A stretch of 64,000 bases of DNA from Sphaerodactylus townsendi (Eukaryota): the NCBI RefSeq assembly GCF_021028975.2, contig NC_059434.1, positions 88,660,001 through 88,724,000 on the forward strand, in the 5' to 3' direction. Positions 1 through 11,900 of the stretch are shown here, one piece after another (position 1 is the first letter of the stretch; every line of letters starts with the position of its first letter). The notes beneath the pieces were generated by a model. That model did no database searches. It saw nothing but the letters and a program-made list of their open reading frames with translations, and was not told the DNA's origin. The translations under genes were made by a program, and so were the position numbers.

Positions 1-643
1 GTGTTTTTTCAGTTTCTGGCCTACAGGGGGCATAGTTTTAGGCTAGCAGCATCAAAATTTCAGGGTATCTTTAGGAGGCTCTCTTGATGATACCTCCCAG
101 GTTTGGTGAAGTTTGGTTAAGGGGGTCCAAAGTTATGGACCCTCAAAAGGTAGACCTATCAACTATTAGCTCCCATTGGAAACAATGGGAGATGGGGGCA
201 CCCCTTTGGGGGTCCATAACTTTGGACACCTCAAACCAAACTTCACCAAACCTGGCTGGTATCAGCAGGGGACTATCCTGATGATACCACCTAAGCTTAG
301 TGAAGTTTGGTTTAGGGGATCCAAAGTTATGGATGCTCAAAAGGTAGCCCCATCTACTATTAGCTCCAATTGGAAACAATGGGGGATGGGGCACCTTCTT
401 TGGGGGTCTATAACTTTGGACCCCCTGAACCAAACTTCGCCTAACTTGTCTGGTATTAGCAGGAGTGTCGCCAGACAATATCCTGAAATTTTGGTGCCAC
501 TATCCTAAAAACTGCGCTCTCTGCTGGCCGACAAAGTAAAAACACTAAAAATGTCAAAAATACATTTTTGCTGAGGCCCCCCCCCCCCCCGGCGTGCGCC
601 CAGTGCGACGCGCATCTCCTGCCCAATGGTAGCTATGACACTG
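1..643. mobile_element. End of a non-autonomous hAT-like DNA transposon with an internal ~190-bp palindromic minisatellite (cut by the window start)
   Basis: Tandem units carry the inverted arms gaagtttggtt.aggggtccaaagttatgga / tccataactttggacccc.tgaaccaaacttc. The end tagctatgacactg (630-643) resembles the reverse complement of the TIR cagtggcgtagcta at 7626. The same internal sequence recurs at 8400-8980 and 15592-15746. Confidence 0.7.
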
Positions 644-2069
644 CCTCGGGCAGGTGATCCAGCAGGCTGTGTCAGAGCACCTGCCCTGGGCTTTGGGCCA
701 AAATCTGGAACTTGAACACAGTTGTCCATCTTGGTTGACAATCTCTGACTAGAGTTGCAAAAGGACACTCCATTCCTGCTACATTTAACAACGGCATTTG
801 ACCCTTAGCCATTCTATTTTGGTGGATTAACCGCAATCTATGTTTGGAGTAAAAGGGACAGTGGTTTTGGTCCCTTCTCTCTCCGGTTCGAACCTGCTGC
901 TGTTGAGCACCTGGGAACACTTGCCCAAGCTAACCATTCCTCCCACCCCGGCCTTTCCTCCCCCTCTTGTTCCTCTTGCCCCCTTCACTTCCCTCCTCCC
1001 TCTCCAGCCCTCTCCATCAGTGTGCAGATCCCACCCTATCCACACTCGACATTCGTGCCAGCGTGCCTTCCCCCCATCCACGATTTCTCCTTTCCTTTCC
1101 CTGCCACAGCCCTGCCTTGCACTCCAAACCCCTCTGAAAGCGTGGCGCCACCTCCACTGCTGTGCACTTCCCTCAGCCTACATCTGCCCCACCCATTGCC
1201 CTGCAAGCCAGTAAAGTTGGAGAGTCCATTAAAAAATATGCTCTCTATAATTTATTTATGGACTGAAGTCCAGAATTTTAAAGCCAAATCACAATTCCAC
1301 AATTAGCCTCACAAATCCCCTCTTTGCAGCCCCTCCCAGATTCTCTAGAAATGTTCACCCAGGTTGCCAGCAACGGATGCCAGCAAAGGAATATTTTCCA
1401 AAAGTTTTCTCCCATACCTGTATTCAAAGATGCCCTACAGGTTCCCCTCAGAGATTTTTTTCTTCATGTTTTGTCTTTTTGCCCAGTTAATTTTTTACTT
1501 TCTCTTGAAGATTATATTATCTTCCTTTTGCTTTAGTCTGGTTGTAAAATATTTTTAGACTATTTAGTTGTCAAAACATCTACTGAGTTGCAAGGATATT
1601 TTGTTCTTTTCTTATAAGCAGGCAGCCAAGAGTTTGCTCAGGAGATGCAGGCTGGTCCAGCTGGGGCCTGACAAGTGGAATGTGTGTGTGTGTGTGTGTG
1701 ATGTGGTGTCTTGTCCTCTGTAAACCTTTTGCGGACATCACCCTTCCCTCCTGGCGGGCTGAGGGCAGCAGCCATTCCACAGCAGTGGTATCACCGGGGG
1801 AAAAAATCTCTGAAGAGGCTCTTTGGGGCGGCTTCCTTGAGTGGGTGTGGCCAGTGCTTTCTCCCTTCTGCACGCAGGAAGGTGAAAGGACATATTGTGG
1901 AAAGTAAACGGCTGGCAGATCTGGAAGAGCTGCTTTTCACTTGTGTGCTCTTTTTAACTGCCTGGTTTGCTGTTTTATGGTGTTTGTTCATCTTACCTTT
2001 GACACCAGAGCACTGGCACTTGCAAAAGGCTTTGACAGACAGGTACCTCACCAGAGACTCCTGAGAAAG

Positions 2070-2440
2070 TTTTAGCAGTCGTGGGATAAGAGGATGGGTT
2101 CTCTTGTGAATTACAGATCAGTTAAACAACAGGAAGCAAACTGTAGGGAAGTCAGCAATAGGGTCTCACAAGGATGGGTGCTGGGGCCGGTGACATTTAA
2201 TTTGCTCATGAACTACCTGGAACTGGAGGTGAGCAGCGCAGCGGCCAGATTTGCACAAGACACCCCCTTATTTAGCATGCAGAAGACTCAGGTGGATTGT
2301 GAAGAGCTCCGGGAGTCTCTGAACAAATTGGGTGATGGGCAGATGAAGTCCAGAGCTGCTAACTTGTCAGGTGGTGATACCCACTGGGATAAAAAAAAAT
2401 TCCAGCTTTAAGTACAGGCTCATGTGGTCTGAACTTGCAG
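2070..2440 (+). mobile_element. Degenerate CR1 LINE ORF2 (RT) fragment
   Basis: Translation VSNRVSQGWVLGPVTFNLLMNYLELEVSSAAARFAQDTPLF resembles the CR1 RT motifs GVPQGSVLGP..F and KFADDTKL. Confidence 0.75.
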
Positions 2441-2648
2441 AGGCTGAAAGGGGAAAAGGCCCAAAAGATCAGTGAAAGCGTCAACACGGTGGGTGGTAGT
2501 GGCAAAAAGAGCAGACTTCACACTGGCTGTTTGCCTCGGTCCTTGGGGAGAAGGGGTGGTGCAAAGAAAGGAAGCAGCCGCCCAGGGAAGAGCCGGCCGG
2601 TCCTGCAAGAGCGCAAGAGAAGCAGCCAAGAGGGGCTGGCCCGGGCTG

Positions 2649-5600
2649 TCACTCAGTCCCACCGTTCCTGAGGTCCACCAGCTGCTCCAGAGCATCCCAG
2701 AGTTTGCGGGTGACGCCTGGGTCTTGGGCGCAGGCAGAAGGTAGCACCAGGCTGCAGTCGCTGTCAAAGTACTTGCCTGTGATGCCCTCGACTTCCCTGG
2801 AGACAGCGCAGTACAGTGTGCTGACGGCACCCTCTTCTGCTGACTGGTGGGGACAGGAAGCAGAAGTCAACCAAAATGCCACATCCATCCAGACGGGCCG
2901 CAATCCTTAATGGGGGGTACTCCAGGGACTCCAAACATTACAGTTTTTGCCATCACAAGGGACACTGCTCCCACGTTGTTGCTTTCGCCCTGGAGCCACT
3001 AAGGCAGAAGCAGGCCTGCCCAATGGCTACACAATAACCCTGTGGCTGGAGCTGGGTGGGGTCCATGCAAGGCTCACGGGCACAGAGTCAGCCTGGGCAT
3101 CTGCCGCTTCCACACATCCCAGGTTGCCACCCAGAAGAGGGTAAAGTGTGCCATGCTCAGCTTCTCCAAGGTCATGCTCCCTTGCTGGATGCTGTGGCTC
3201 AGCCAACTCTGGGTGTTGGTGCAACTCCCCCCCTCTAGCCAGAAGCAAGGGCCCTCGGGGCCCCAGGTGGGCAGGGGCTGCTTGGCTCTCACCCGACTCA
3301 CCTTCATGAAGATGCTGCAGACGTTGTAGAGCAGGCGGACCGCCCAGGAGAAATGGCGCATGATGCCTGTCCTGACGACCCCCGGGTTCAGGGAATTGAC
3401 AGTCACCCCTGCAAAGGAGGCCGCCTGTCACTAACTGATCTCCCTGTCCCAAGAGGGGGTGGCGTTTCTGCTGAACTGGGAGTCAAGCAGGAATGCAGGG
3501 ACTGGTCTCTGAAGGAGCGCGGGGGCGGGGGGTACTTCTCTACAGCAGTCCCAAGGGACGGGCAGTTAACAGGGTTTGAGTACCAAAGGCAACCCTGTCA
3601 AGAGTTCTCCGCTGCCCCCTTTGCAAGAAAGGATCCCTCTGTCTGGGGAGAAGGGCGGGTCTAACAGCACCGCTCCACCCCAATTCCTCTCCTGCCCCCG
3701 CCCCCCCCAAGGCCTGAGGCAGGGCCAGCTCAAGGCGCTTTGTGACCCCAGCAGCAGCCCACCCAGAGGTGGGATCCAACCAGTTCTCGCCACTTCTCTA
3801 GGTTACTAATTATTTCTGAGTGCCGAGAAGGGGTTACTAAAGCAACCTCCCTGCCCAATAGGGACCAGAGGCGCGTGTGTGGCGGTGGCGCCACTGTTTG
3901 AATCCCACCCCCATCGGAACCTGTAATTAACATCTTTGGATCCCACCACTGAGCCCACCCCCTGCTGTGTTGCTGCCGCCTTGCTGCCTGGGGAAGGGGG
4001 GGCCAAGCGGCAGGGGACCTTCCTCTGCGCGTGGCAGCAGTTCTGACCTGTGCCCTGCAGCTGCCCGGCCAGCTCGTTGGCGAAGGCCACGTTCATGAGC
4101 TTGGAGCTGTAGTAAGCCTGGCTGCAGTTTTTGGGCGGCTCCTCCCCAGTCAAGAACTTGACGTTGACCGTCCCCTTGTAATGCACGAAGGAGGAAACGT
4201 TCACGATCCGTGCCGGAGCAGAGGCCTTCAAGGTACCTGCAAGGACGGGGAAGGAGGCAGTCTGAGAGCCCAGAGCCAAAGGAAGCAGAAGCGGTGAGGG
4301 AAAGAGGCCCGCTCTCGCTGGCTCTCGCACCCTTTGCCCCAAGAGGCACCCGTCTCCAGCACAGCTGCCATGGATGGAGGCCACAGGTATACCCCCCCCC
4401 CCCGGATGACCTTTGCTAGACAGAAGTGGTTGGGTGAGCCCGGCTGTGTTCAGGTCTCTGACTCCCCCTTAAGAGGAAGACACAAGCCAGACTCCCGGCC
4501 CCCAGGGACAGGCCCAGGGGTCCCAACGTGGCCCGGGGCACAGAAGAGAAGTCTGCCTTACCCAGCAACAGGTTGGTCAGCAAAAAGGGGCCAAGGACGT
4601 TGGTGGCAAACAGCAGCTTCACCTCCTCCACAGAGGCAGCACCTGGCAAACCTGGGGAAGGAAGGAAGGCAGAGGAGAAGTGGGGGGGGAGGGAAGCAGG
4701 ATGCTGGGGTCGGGGGGGGGGGGAGCAACCAGCCTGCCTGGGACTGCAGAACCTGCTCCGCTCCCTAAAACAATGTGGTGTAGGGTTATGGGGCCCCTGG
4801 GATGAATCTCTACTCATACCTTCAGCACTTGTTGGGCTGCTGTTAGGAGTACTGAACAGAGGGAAGGGGGATTATACAAGCTGATTTGGGTCACCCGTGG
4901 GGAGAAGGGAAGGGTTTAAGCCCCCCCTGCCTGCTTTCTTTGAGTACCTGTTGGACCTCCCATCCAAGAAGGGAAAAGTTACAACAACAACAACAACCTT
5001 TATTTGGCATTTAAAGGGAAAAGTTCACCTTGGTTTCATCCCAGCAAAAACATGAGCAAAATCAGATTAAATTGGACACACACACACACACACCCACACA
5101 CACACCCTGTTTCCAAGGTAGGCTGCAGTCAGGTGATCCCCTGAAGGTCAACAACCAGGGATTTAGGCTAAACAGCTGGTGGAGGCTGTGGAGGGGACCG
5201 CCCCCCTTCTCAGTCTATGAGGTTGGGGCAGCCCCCTCTGACCAGCCCCCAGGTAGAGGCCCCTTGGCTGGTTCAGGGCGTTGTAGGGATCATTCTACTG
5301 GGGAAAGGAGGGCAAGTAATATGAAGAAGAATGTAGTGTTGAAGGCTTTCATGACTGCACTCAGCTGGTTGTGGTGTGTGGCCACAGTCTGGTGGATCTT
5401 GTTCCTAATGTTTTGCCTGCATCTGTGGCTGGCATTCGATGTCGGGGGAAATGTTAGGAACAAGACCTACCAGACCACGGCCACGCTGCCTGGATAGCCC
5501 ACAACCACCAAAATGAAGAGTTTGGATTTATACCCCGCTTCTCTCTCCTGTAAGGAGCCTCACAGCAGCTCCCAAGCTCCTTCCCTTTCTCTCCCCGCAG

Positions 5601-6790
5601 GGGAGCTGAGAGAGTTCTGAAAAACTGTGATTATCCCAAGGTCACCCAGCAGTCCCAACCAAGAGGAAGGCAGGCAGGTAACTACAGGGTCTGAGCCCAG
5701 CCCACCTTTCCTCCTCTGCCTGGAGCAGTTCCTGCGATGCTCCTGGCTCAGCTGGCCCTGGGACTCCCTGCCCCGGCGAAGGAGAAGAGCGGTGTGGGGT
5801 TCCCACCTGTGCCTTCCCACCTGTGATTCCTGCATTGTTGACCAGGATGTCCAGCCGGGGCTCCTCTGCCAGGAACCGCCTGGCAAAATCCCGGACGGAG
5901 GCCATGGAGCTGAGGTCCAGGAGGCGCAGGTGCACGTTGGGGTTGCCGGCCGCCCTGCGGATCTCGTCCAGCGCAGCCTGGCCCTTGGCTGGGTCCCGGC
6001 AGGCCAGGACGGTGCGGGCGTTCCGGCGCGCCAAGTCCACGGCCACGCATTTGCCAATCCCTGCAAGGCGGGTCCCGCCGGGAACGGGAGTCAAGAAGGG
6101 ACGGGGGATTTTTTGCACCCCCCGCCTCCCCTGGGGGCAGCCAATATACTGGGGGGGGGTCGGGTGAGGACATGGTCAGCGCTTTCCCCAGGGGCTGCAG
6201 CAAACTCCCCCGTCAAATACGCGAGGACGGACTTTTGGGAATGGTTTTCTCTGCAGGCCTTTCTTGATTCTCCCGGCCTCTCCCTGGAGCCATCGCCGGG
6301 GCTGTTCTTTTCATTCGGGGAGGCAGATAGAGATCCGTCCCCACCCGCCCGCCCGCCCCCCGGTCAGTTCAGGTGTTCAGTTCCACCAAGTTTTCGGGTG
6401 TTGCTGCAGCTACTATTTGGACCTGGGCGGCCTCAGGATCTTCCGCGGCCGGGAAGGAAGGATGGGCATCACTATCAGTTCAAAGAGGGGGGCCGCCGGG
6501 GGGCCGCCCAGGGTCGCTTGCTGCCCGTTTGGCCTCCCCCCCACCCCCACCCCCTGGCCCGCAGCAGCCCTCCCGCCTGGGGGCTCGGCGCCAGCCCTCC
6601 TCGTTCGGCCGTCGGGCGGGGACTCACCGCTGTTGGCGCCGGTGACCAGGGCCGTCTTGCCGCGCAGGTCCACCGAGCAGGCTCGCGGCCGCCACGTGCG
6701 CCTCCTCCAGGGCCCCGCCAGCAGCAGCAGCAGCAGCAGGGCCAGGCCGGCCAGCGGGGCCAGCAGCGCGGCGAGCGGCGGCGGCGACAT
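2649..6790 (-). CDS. Retinol dehydrogenase 11/12/13- or DHRS13-like short-chain dehydrogenase/reductase, 6 exons, 327 aa
   Basis: Exons (minus): 6790-6628, 6060-5821, 4651-4562, 4236-4048, 3408-3302, 2843-2649. All junctions are GT-AG with consistent phase (984 nt). The protein has an N-terminal hydrophobic anchor, TGANSGIG Rossmann motif, LDILVNNAG, RIVNVSS, catalytic YYSSK, LNPGVVRT and GKYFDSDC. The exact ortholog cannot be resolved by eye. Confidence 0.93.
3764..3951. mobile_element. hAT-type MITE (188 bp) in RDH intron 4
   Basis: TIRs cagaggtgggatcc / ggatcccaccactg. Perfect 8-bp TSD agcccacc at 3756-3763 and 3952-3959. Same family as 44894-45479, in the opposite orientation. Confidence 0.88.
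4981..5013 (-). mobile_element. Extremely 5'-truncated non-LTR retrotransposon tail
   Basis: The minus strand reads aatgccaaataaagg(ttg)n. It is flanked by the 12-bp direct repeat aagggaaaagtt at 4969-4980 and 5014-5025. Confidence 0.65.
5340..5510. mobile_element. Penelope-like element pseudo-LTR remnant in inverted arrangement
   Basis: Inverted arms gtctggtggatcttgttcctaa / ttaggaacaagacctaccagac. Shares gccagccacagatgcaggc and opposite-arm motifs with 8020-8350. Confidence 0.55.
5514..5670. mobile_element. Squamate SINE fragment (Squam/Sauria-type)
   Basis: Contains gaagagtttggatttatacccc...gagctgagagagttctga...cccaaggtcacccagcag. Related copies occur at ~18500-18640, 19790-20010, 21285-21500 and 59200-59330. 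Confidence 0.55.
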
Positions 6791-7500
6791 GGTGCTCGGG
6801 CGGCGGGGCAAGCAGAAGGCGGCGGGCCAAAGGCGCCGCCGGCCCTCCCCAGGGCGGGATCGCCAGCCGCCGCCCAGGCTCCTGTGGCCCGCGGGGGCCG
6901 GACCCGAGGACCTCAGAGCAGAGCCCCTCCTGCGCAGCCAGCCCTCCTCCGCTCCTCGCACTGGCCCGCCAGGTAGGTGCCTCGCGGAGCTCCCAGGCAG
7001 GAGGGGACAGCGAGGGCTGCTGCTGCTCCCCCCCCCCCCCGAGCACCTGGCCTGCGAAGGCACCTGCAGCCTCAGGTCAAGACTGGTCAGCCGAGTGCAC
7101 GCTTGGCCTTGGGGCCGACCGGAGACCGGAGCGGCGAGGGGCACCCAAGGAGGCACCTCAGGGCGGGCGAGCCCTGGCACGCGGGGTGGGGGGCATCGTG
7201 TTGCCCCCTTCTCCCCATCTGCGCAGACCTCTGGCAAGAGCGACCCGGCCAATGGCGCCCCCCCCCCCCCCGCGGCGGCCAAAGGGCGGCACTCGGGGCT
7301 CCCAGGAACGGGACGTTCACCTCTTCCTTGAAAAGCTGCCCGGTAGAAAGATCAGTTTTGGGGGTGGGGGGGTGGATGTGCCCGCCGTCAGAAAAGGGCC
7401 ACGAGGGCCGCGGGGTAACTTGGAGCTGCTCCCTGGACCGAGGAGGAGGACGAGGAGGGCCTGCCTGCCTGCCTCCCTGGGCGAAGGGGATCCCGGCGGC
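6250..7500. promoter_or_regulatory. CpG island / promoter of the RDH-like gene
   Basis: Very GC- and CpG-rich stretch spanning exon 1 (ATG at 6790) and the upstream region. Confidence 0.6.
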
Positions 7501-8019
7501 TGCTCTGTTCCTCTCAGGGCCACCCTCCTGTGTGTGTAATAAAAGCGGGGGTACCGAGGGGGGTCTCAGGGGTAGGATCGAGGCCCCTTGCTTTTCCTTG
7601 TCAGGTGAGGCGGGTGTTCTGGGTCCAGTGGCGTAGCTAGGGAAAATTGAGCCCGGGACAAAATCTGAGTTTTGCGCCCCCCCCCCCCCGCATATGGGCA
7701 GCGCCCCTCCCCCTTCCCCACCATGACCAAACACCATCACATTATAGAACATGCCCCAACACATGAATCTGAACACACCCAGTGCTTCCCTTACGTTTAA
7801 ACAACATTGAAAGAGTGTGATGCTTATTATTTTTTTTTGAAGTGTGGAATCCACCCTGAAACAGCATCACTTTTAATGTTGTTTAAACTAGAGAGCCCAG
7901 ATTCTCACCAGAATTCACCTTAAAGAGAGACTCTGGGCTCTCTAGTTTAAACAACATTGAAAGTGATGCTGTTTCAGGGTAGATTTCCCACCCATCCACC
8001 CCAAACAGCACCATTGTCA

Positions 8020-8350
8020 AAGTTGGTTTGTTGTGGGTTTTCTAAGCTGCATCCGGCTGTGGTCTGTGGTAGATCTTGTGGCTGGTAACATCTTCAGAGG
8101 TTATTGTATCACAGAGTGGCTGAAGGTATCTTTCAGAGGTGTATCACAGAGAGAGAGTCTGTTATACACTGTGTCCAGACTCTCTCTTATAACCGAGACT
8201 TCTCCCTGCTTTTGATACACCTTCTGAAGATGCCAGCCACAGAGGCAGGAAATGAAACGATTAGGAACAAGATCCTACCAGACCATGGCCACACAGCCTG
8301 TAAAACCCACAACAATCAGTTGAATCTGGTTGTGAAAGCCCTTCAACCAA
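8020..8350. mobile_element. Penelope-like element remnant (inverted pseudo-LTRs) with a degenerate hammerhead-like core
   Basis: ctgaagatgccagccacaga...gaaacgattaggaacaagatcctaccagaccatggccacacagcc...aaaacccacaac, with an inverted partial copy at 8025-8100. Confidence 0.6.
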
Positions 8351-8980
8351 TACTTTCAATGTTTTTTTAATCTAGGGAGCCCAGATTCTCCCTTTAAAAT
8401 CCACTCCAAAAGGGGGGTGGATTTAAAGGGAGAATCAGGGGAAAATTTGAGGGTGCTTGTCAGGAGGAAGCAAATATTTTAAGATAACAGTACCAAAATT
8501 TTAGGCGTATCTTTAGGAGACTATCCTGATTATACCACCCCAGGTTTAAGTGAAGTTTGGTTCAGGGGTCCAAAGAGTTATGGACCTTTCAAAAGGGTAG
8601 CCCCATCTACCATTATCTCCCATTGGAAACAATGGGGATGGAGCACTCCTTTTGCGGGGGTCCATAACTTTGGACCCCCTGAACTAAACTCTTTCTCCAG
8701 TAACCTGGGTGAGTATCAGAAGGAGACTATCCTTATGATACCACCTAGAGTTTAGTGAAGTTTGGATTCAAGAGGGTCCAAAGTTATGGACAGCCCTCAA
8801 AATGACTCAGCCCCATATATGCTATTAGCTCCCCATTGGAAACAATGGAGGATGGAGGTCACACCCCTTTGGGGGTCCATAACTTTGAGACCCCTGAACC
8901 AAACTTCACCAAACTTGGCTGATATCATCCAGGGGAGAGTCTCACCTTGACGATAGCCCTGAGAATTTTGGTTGCCGCTC

Positions 8981-11900
8981 TATGAGGAATTCCATAGAAG
9001 CAGAAATAAAAGGCTCTTTTTGGTGAGGAAAAGACCCGGGTTTAATTTCAGACTATCTTAAATAATTACCATGCGACATGCGAGTGGCAGGAATGACACT
9101 TCGGCCATGAAGCACAGGTTATAACTCTATTCACTACATCATCCCCATCCTGCTTCCCCATGGGAACGCAGTCCTCATCTCCTCAAGCAAGATAAAGTCT
9201 CCTACTGATGAAGCTGGCCTGTATCAGCCGGGCTGTGGAATGCACTCCAAAGGGTTACCTTACCATCAACACCATTGAAACCATTAGAACCTTACACACT
9301 CTGCCTCCGCCAAAGAAGACCCTCCCCCCCCCAGGTTTTGCTACGGAAGAAGTAGCGATGTGGAAAGCATGAGGAAATAGAGGTGGGAAGTCAATATTTG
9401 GAATAAACTCCATTGATTATACCCAGAGGAATATCCACCCAAAGAGACTAAATATTGCAAGCTGTTATGACAAAGCGAGTCCAGGATGGCGTCAATTTCT
9501 AAGTAGTGCTTGGCAGCCATGTAATAGTCGGTGGGGCCTCTCCGGCCGGAGTGTGCCGAACACATCGGCGGGAGCCTCCCTTGAGTAAGCTGGAATGGAA
9601 GACATTGGATAGATGAATGTTACTAAGAGAGTTAGGCAAACCGTCAACCCGGGCAGTGACATCGTAAATCGCTTTAGTAATCTGAAAAAGGTCCTTAATG
9701 AATCTTTACACTTAAGTTCCAGAAGAATTTATGCCTGCATCTCGAGATTTTTGCACAGTGAACAAATACACCCAAAGCCCACGCAGAGGGAAATCGGCGG
9801 TGTTTATCCAGCACAGCTTTTTTTGGGGAGTGCCTGTTGGAGTGCCAGGGTATGTCTGACCGATTTCCACCCTCAAGACTGGGGCGAAATCCCATTGTTG
9901 AAACTCTGGAGGGTCCCAAGCAACCATGGTGGTAGTTGTGCAACTTGTGGAAGGAGCGACCAGACATTTACTAATTTAAAGAGGGTTTTCTTGTACCATG
10001 AACCGCATTTGTTATAGGCTCCATTCAAGCTGGAATAAGCTCTCGCACCAAATCTGTCTTGGTGGTAGTTACTGAATTCTTAACAGCAGTAAGCTACTAC
10101 TCTAAGGTTCTATTTGGATTTCTCTCCGACTCACGTCACTTTTGAGCGTGGTAGGAAGCGACTGCAGGGCTGACCCCAACAAATCCCAAAAACGCCCAAC
10201 TAGAGGCAGGAAATGAATTAAATACGGGCCTTGATGGGAGACCACCTTAACAGAAGGAATGTAGACAGTACAAGCTATGTTGAATGAACAGCCTGGCCAA
10301 CTTAGGAGGCCGGAGGATGGGAAGCAACATGGAATAAGAAATAGGCTGTTGTTTAGAAAATAAGTCCACCACCACCCACACAAAACATGGTACTTGCCAA
10401 GGACTTTTCGAGACGGAATCTGGTAGCCAAAATCCATGGGAGATGACTTCCCAAAGAAGGGAGGCCACCGGGAGAGGTTTTTTTTCAACAGCCCATGGGG
10501 CTTTCAGGATAGTTTAGGCTTCTGCACAAACAGAAAGCAGCCCTTACTCATATATGCCCTCAATGTCCTTGCGCATTACGCCGGGCCACCAGGAATGTCG
10601 CAGTGATTTAAATGCAGGATTTTCAGAAGCCAAAATCGTCCAGCCGGCCCGGGCGTCGGATGACAGGCTTCAAAAGAACCTGCTTGGCGGAGGGGAGAGC
10701 ACGCGTACCAACATTCCCCCTCCGGCTAAACTCCATTCCTCCGCTTGCCGGGTTGTAGAGTCCACTGCTACCGCTGGAGGCTTCACTGCGGCAGCCCCGC
10801 TTCCTCGAAGTTCCCGCGAGTAGAGGGAGAGAGGACTAGGTTAAAGGCCAAGTGGAGAGGAGGAGTGGGCGTTTGAGATAGGGTGACAGCCGGCCCCAGC
10901 TGGGAGGAGAGGAGAACAGTGCGTGCGATATGTCTCGTAGAAGGCAGCTCCACCCCTCTCCCGAGGTATAGCCGCTTGACGCTGGTCAGCCAGTTTATTA
11001 GTTTCCAGGAAAAAATGGGCTATAAGCTTGAGAACGAAAGAAAATACATTATGGAGTTGTTTCTGAGACATCTTGAGAGTCAGGTGGAAAAGAGCTGCCA
11101 GGTTTTGTGATCAGAGTTCCAAACCTGAAAGGGTGTTTAGCCCCCCTCCAGCCAGTGGCGCCAAGTGGAAGTGCTACTTGGTAACGTTCTGCAGTCTTTA
11201 TCCCTAGTCCAGTTAGAGTTTCCAACACCAGAGAGAATTTCTTAATTAAATAAGCACCGCGGAACCAGCCTGCAATATTTGTTTTTCTGCAGGCAGGGCT
11301 GCCCTCAGGGCAATTGGCTTTGGTCCAGGGGACATCCACGTGAACCACTGGCAGGAGATCTGGAGTCAGGAGGTGCTTTGGGAATGCAGTTGGTGGTAAA
11401 AGCAGACTTTGAAGAGTTGAAAGGCTGGTTAATACCTCTTCAGACCAGGAAAAGGAGGGCCCCAGGCTTCTGGTGGACGGTGGATCTTACACCTTTGCAT
11501 TAATTAGGGATGCTGTGAGAGGGAGAGTCAGGGTCAAGCCGGGTGGGAGGTATAAAGTCACGCGATAGAAATTAGCAAAACCAAGAAAAGGTTGGAGTTC
11601 TTTATGCGGTTGGTGAGGGGGCAGGCCATTGGAGGACTGGGCGTCCAATTTTCCCAACAGGATCCATTTTCAAGCTTCTCCTCGGCTGCAGATCATTGGC
11701 CCAATGAAGTCAATGGAGGTCTAGGTGAAAACAGCGTTTGGAGAGTTTGGCAAAGGGGGAAAGATTGTCGGGCAAGTTTCAATTACCTCCGAACCAATGT
11801 TTCATGCTCTTCTATGGTTTGTGGAAGGTAAATTAAAACGCGTCATCTAAGTATACCACAACTCCCTTTGTACAATAAATCATGGAGAACTTAGTTGATA

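Noticed and set aside
1-480. Repeat-spacer pattern resembling a CRISPR array
   Set aside because: The spacers are homologous to each other, the context is eukaryotic, and there are no cas genes. It is a transposon-internal minisatellite.
5627-6976. 449-aa plus-strand ORF (and the overlapping 355-aa ORF)
   Set aside because: Antisense to RDH exons 1-2 in a CpG island. It is low-complexity P/R/G/A, has no domain, and is explained by stop-codon scarcity at high GC.
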